Source: an uncultured Lachnospiraceae bacterium (GTDB taxonomy: Bacteria; Bacillota; Clostridia; Lachnospirales; Lachnospiraceae). From it: a stretch of DNA of 64,000 nt. The stretch lies in the NCBI GenBank assembly GCA_902783775.1, contig CACZSI010000135.1:44775-108774 (forward strand), given 5' to 3'. Position 1 is the stretch's first letter; each line of letters starts with the position of its first letter. A model generated the notes under the pieces. It had not been told where the DNA came from and did no database searches. It saw only the letters and a list, made by a program, of their open reading frames with translations. Both the position numbers and the translations under genes were made by a program. Positions 60,639-64,000 of the stretch are shown here, piece after piece.

Positions 60639-61982
60639 TCAAGGCTTAACGAAGAATAATGATAATAATAATGCGATTATATATAATGCAATAGTTGCAT
60701 ATAATACATACTGATATCCTGTAGGATTTACAATAATCTCTTCTCCGTGCATCTTAACTGTCAAAGCTTTACCAAACTTATTAACAATCCAGTTAGCCAT
60801 CTGGTTACCTGATAAACCAGCGAAAGCCCAAGCTGAAAGTGTGATACCATGGATAGCTGAGATGCTTCCCATACCATAGTGGTCTGAAAGTAATGTTGGA
60901 ACATTTGAGAATCCACCACCGTATCCAGCGTTAACCATGAATAATAATGCTAATACTAAGATTACTAATACCATGCTCTTTGTATCAATTGATGTAGCTG
61001 TAATTGTAGCTGCATTCTTGATACCGCTTGTTAAGATTACTAATCCTGTTAATACGATAGAAATAACAAAGATTAACTTATAAATAGTATTTCTATCTTT
61101 CATTGTATCAGCCCAAGCTGAGAAACCTAATCTACCAGCTGCATTGAAGATAGCTGATACAGAAGATAAGATTCCTACGATTCCTGCTAAACCGATACAT
61201 TTAACAATCATCTTTTCCTGTGAAATTAAAGCAAGACCACATGTGATATTAATGTAGAACATTAACCAAATACCTACATAGTTTAAGATAGGCTTTGTCT
61301 TAATAACTTCAATGATGCTCTGCTTCTCTTCTTTATTCTGAGGCTCATGCCATCCCTCAGGCTTCTTAAGTAATAAATGTCCAATAAACATCATTACAAA
61401 ATATACTACTGATAAGATCCAGAACATTTTATAAATTCCGCCGTCGCCTAATTTATCTAATAACGCCTGCATAATTGGGCTGGCAATAGCTTTAGCTGCT
61501 CCAAATCCTGCAACTGCTAAACCTGTAGCAAGTCCTTTTCTATCCTGGAACCATAACATAAGAGTCTTAACTGGTGATAAGTAACCAGTTCCAAGACCGA
61601 TACCCATGATAAATCCATAACTTAAATAAATACCAATTAGCGCTATGTAACTATGAGGATGATTTCCTCCGTAATAGATAAAGAATCCAGTTCCTGCCAT
61701 ACCTACTGCAAAGCAGATAGTAGCAATAAGAGATGATTTGTGGATATCTTTTTCAACTACGTTTCCTAAGAATGCAGCTGACATTCCGAGGAAGAAAATA
61801 GCAAAACTGAACGCCCACTCTGTGGCACTCTTTGAAAATCCAATATGTTCTCCAATTTCCTCACTAAAAATAGACCAGCAATAAACTGTTCCGATACTAC
61901 AATGTAGTAATAATGCTGGGATAGCCGCACGGATCCACTTGTTTGTGCGCCATCCACCTGTCTTAGCCTTTGTTTCTGACAT
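60639..61982 (-). CDS. MFS transporter, oxalate/formate antiporter (OFA)-like
   Basis: About 12 TM helices; IGTVYCWS, GIGLGTGY.SPV, WFQDRKGLATG, FNAAGR. Confidence 0.9.
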   Translation of the reverse strand: MSETKAKTGGWRTNKWIRAAIPALLLHCSIGTVYCWSIFSEEIGEHIGFSKSATEWAFSFAIFFLGMSAAFLGNVVEKDIHKSSLIATICFAVGMAGTGFFIYYGGNHPHSYIALIGIYLSYGFIMGIGLGTGYLSPVKTLMLWFQDRKGLATGLAVAGFGAAKAIASPIMQALLDKLGDGGIYKMFWILSVVYFVMMFIGHLLLKKPEGWHEPQNKEEKQSIIEVIKTKPILNYVGIWLMFYINITCGLALISQEKMIVKCIGLAGIVGILSSVSAIFNAAGRLGFSAWADTMKDRNTIYKLIFVISIVLTGLVILTSGIKNAATITATSIDTKSMVLVILVLALLFMVNAGYGGGFSNVPTLLSDHYGMGSISAIHGITLSAWAFAGLSGNQMANWIVNKFGKALTVKMHGEEIIVNPTGYQYVLYATIALYIIALLLSLFFVKP

Positions 61983-62070
61983 TTTTCCATATTCCTTTCG
62001 ATATAATTTTTACAACTATACTAGTATAGCATTTTTTTCTTTATTGGGCAATTATTTTAATTTAAAAATC

Positions 62071-63024
62071 TTAATCTTCCTTAATATAAACTGCCAATGC
62101 ATCTTTTAATTCGATTCTATAATCATCCTTTGGAAGAATAATCACATCCTTACGCTGTACTAGAACTATATTAGCATCATATTTTTCCTTTACTTCTTCT
62201 ACGCTAAGACCTAACCATTTACTATCTATATCTACAATAACATTTTGGATATTTAATTCCATAGATGAGCTACTGCTAGCTTTAGTATATTGCTCCACAA
62301 ATCCAGCTGAAACAATACCTGTAGGGATAGCCACCGCTCCCACTCCTAAAAATGTTATGATAATAGCCATTATCTTTCCTGCAATGGTTATTGGATATAC
62401 ATCACCATATCCCACAGTCATCAATGTAGATACACTCCACCAAATTCCTGAAAAGGCATTTCTAAAATTCTCAGGCTGGGCATCATGTTCTGCACTATAT
62501 AGGAAAAGAGATGATGCCATAATCAACATAACGATGATAAATATAGATGATAAAAGCTGATTTCTCTTTTCATATAAAACTGATTTAATAACATTGAAAG
62601 AATCATAATTGGCATTAATTCTAAATAAATGAAAAATTCTAACAACCCTAAGCATTCTAAAGGCAATAAATCCAGACAAAAAGAAAAATGGCAGGATCGT
62701 TAATAAATCAATAATTCCATCAAATGAAAATATAAATTTTACTGCCGCCATAGCCTTATTATTGTTCGGATATAAAAAGCTGGCCGTCCACAATCTAAGA
62801 GCATACTCCAGACAAAATATAATTACAGAAATTGTCTCTATAACATTTATGGTATCAGCATATTTCTGGCTAATACTAAATGTGCTAATATACATTAATG
62901 CAATATTAGTTACAATAACCACTGTAATAAACCAATCAAAGATTTTACTTAATAGATCATTTTCCTCGCCTATTTGAATTACCTGAAAAATTCTTTTCTT
63001 TAAGCTGTAAACATTAGCATCCAT
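62071..63024 (-). CDS. 6TM potassium channel-like ion transporter with C-terminal RCK_C-like domain
   Basis: TVGYGD filter and S4-like FRMLRVVRIF. Confidence 0.88.
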   Translation of the reverse strand: MDANVYSLKKRIFQVIQIGEENDLLSKIFDWFITVVIVTNIALMYISTFSISQKYADTINVIETISVIIFCLEYALRLWTASFLYPNNNKAMAAVKFIFSFDGIIDLLTILPFFFLSGFIAFRMLRVVRIFHLFRINANYDSFNVIKSVLYEKRNQLLSSIFIIVMLIMASSLFLYSAEHDAQPENFRNAFSGIWWSVSTLMTVGYGDVYPITIAGKIMAIIITFLGVGAVAIPTGIVSAGFVEQYTKASSSSSMELNIQNVIVDIDSKWLGLSVEEVKEKYDANIVLVQRKDVIILPKDDYRIELKDALAVYIKED

Positions 63025-63041
63025 TTTTTCACTCCCATTTT

Positions 63042-63632
63042 TTAGCTTTTAGCATTTCTTACAAAAGTTATTATCTTTTCAGGGTCCTTTCCCCCCTGCT
63101 CAAACTCTACTCCGGATGAAACATCCACCATATCAGGCCTTACGTTCTCAATACCTAATTTAACATTACTTGGGGTTAGACCTCCTGCTAGAATAAGCAT
63201 CTTATCTCCCTTTTTTATACCTGATAAAATATTCCAATCAAAAGCGGTTCCACTTCCAGGATTAGGTGCATCAAATAAAATACCTTTAATATCATCTCTA
63301 ACTAAGTACTTATCTAACTCATCCATATCCTTAACATTAAAAGCTTTAATAATATCTATCCCCTCTATTCCCTTTGGAATTATTCCATGAATTTGAATAT
63401 AATCAAAGCCTAGTTTTTTAATTATATCAACCTGTTCTAAATTAGGCGATACCGCCACCGCCACAGTTTTAATCTTACCTTTTACAAACTCTATAATCTC
63501 CTTAGCTCTAGATTCATCAATATTTCTCTTACTTTTTTCAAAGAACATAACCATACCTATGAAATCCACGCTATTGTCGATTAAACACTTTGCTTCCTTG
63601 GTATTTTTAATACCGCAAATTTTCACCTTCAT
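63042..63632 (-). CDS. trpF: Phosphoribosylanthranilate isomerase
   Basis: VKICGI, QIHG, LFDA..PGSG..FDW, LAGGLTPSNV, VDVSSGVE. Confidence 0.9.
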   Translation of the reverse strand: MKVKICGIKNTKEAKCLIDNSVDFIGMVMFFEKSKRNIDESRAKEIIEFVKGKIKTVAVAVSPNLEQVDIIKKLGFDYIQIHGIIPKGIEGIDIIKAFNVKDMDELDKYLVRDDIKGILFDAPNPGSGTAFDWNILSGIKKGDKMLILAGGLTPSNVKLGIENVRPDMVDVSSGVEFEQGGKDPEKIITFVRNAKS

Positions 63633-64000
63633 TGTCTGCTCCCATACTTATATTTCTAATCAACTCATACATTTCCTGATATGATTTATTATTAGAATCC
63701 GCCAAACTAGCTACGCTCTCATACTCAGGATAATATTTAACTTCATTGCCAATGGAGCAAATCTTAATGGTAGCCACACCAAAACGTGTATCAATGGTTT
63801 TAATTTCACGTTTCAAAATGCTTCTCTCCATTTTTTGCTTTCTAATTCCAATGGTTGTAGTCTCTTTAAAAATAATATTTTCAATCTTTTTAACATCCTT
63901 TGGATCGCAGATAACATTAATCTGCCATCCCGGACGATTCTTCTTCATATAAACCGGTGAGTAATGGACATCCTTAGCGCCTTCTCTCATAAGAATATCT
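63607..64000 (-). CDS. larC: LarC family nickel-insertion protein, C-terminal part; 5' end lies outside the window
   Basis: GAKDV...PVYMKKNRPG, IFKETTTIGIR, PEYE; the frame stays open to the window edge. Confidence 0.85.
   Translation of the reverse strand, partial: DILMREGAKDVHYSPVYMKKNRPGWQINVICDPKDVKKIENIIFKETTTIGIRKQKMERSILKREIKTIDTRFGVATIKICSIGNEVKYYPEYESVASLADSNNKSYQEMYELIRNISMGADNEGENLRY

Noticed and set aside
60594-60641. Selenocysteine insertion at the MFS TGA
   Set aside because: No convincing SECIS hairpin follows, and the position is a non-catalytic tail.

Overview
AT-rich chromosomal window from a Lachnospiraceae/Eubacterium-like clostridial bacterium, almost entirely on the minus strand. 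Housekeeping blocks: nucleoside kinase (partial)-trmK-dnaG-dgt, tmRNA, an OmpR-type two-component system, addAB, nadE, lysine riboswitch-dapAB, ilvNC, tRNA-Thr, ispF-cysS-mrnC-rlmB, tRNA-Glu, pyrH-frr-uppS-cdsA-dxr-rseP-ispG-polC, transporters, paaK-like/ACT, trpF and a partial larC. The best candidate for an undescribed system is an approximately 11 kb accessory block (19.4-30.3 kb). It holds four paralogous GH128-type (beta-1,3-glucanase-like) exported enzymes, two non-catalytic exported proteins and an ECF sigma/RsgI-like anti-sigma pair. Five proteins in this block and a distant triple-discoidin protein end in a shared Lys-rich FN3-like module. Other oddities: an unclassified glycoside-hydrolase-like protein, 42-bp phased upstream repeats, a terminator-containing leader, an out-of-frame uORF at the ECF start, a coding-like extension behind a rare TGA stop, and no rpoD between dnaG and trmK. 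No CRISPR array, integrase, transposase or prophage gene was seen. All family calls come from motif recognition by eye; no database searches were run.
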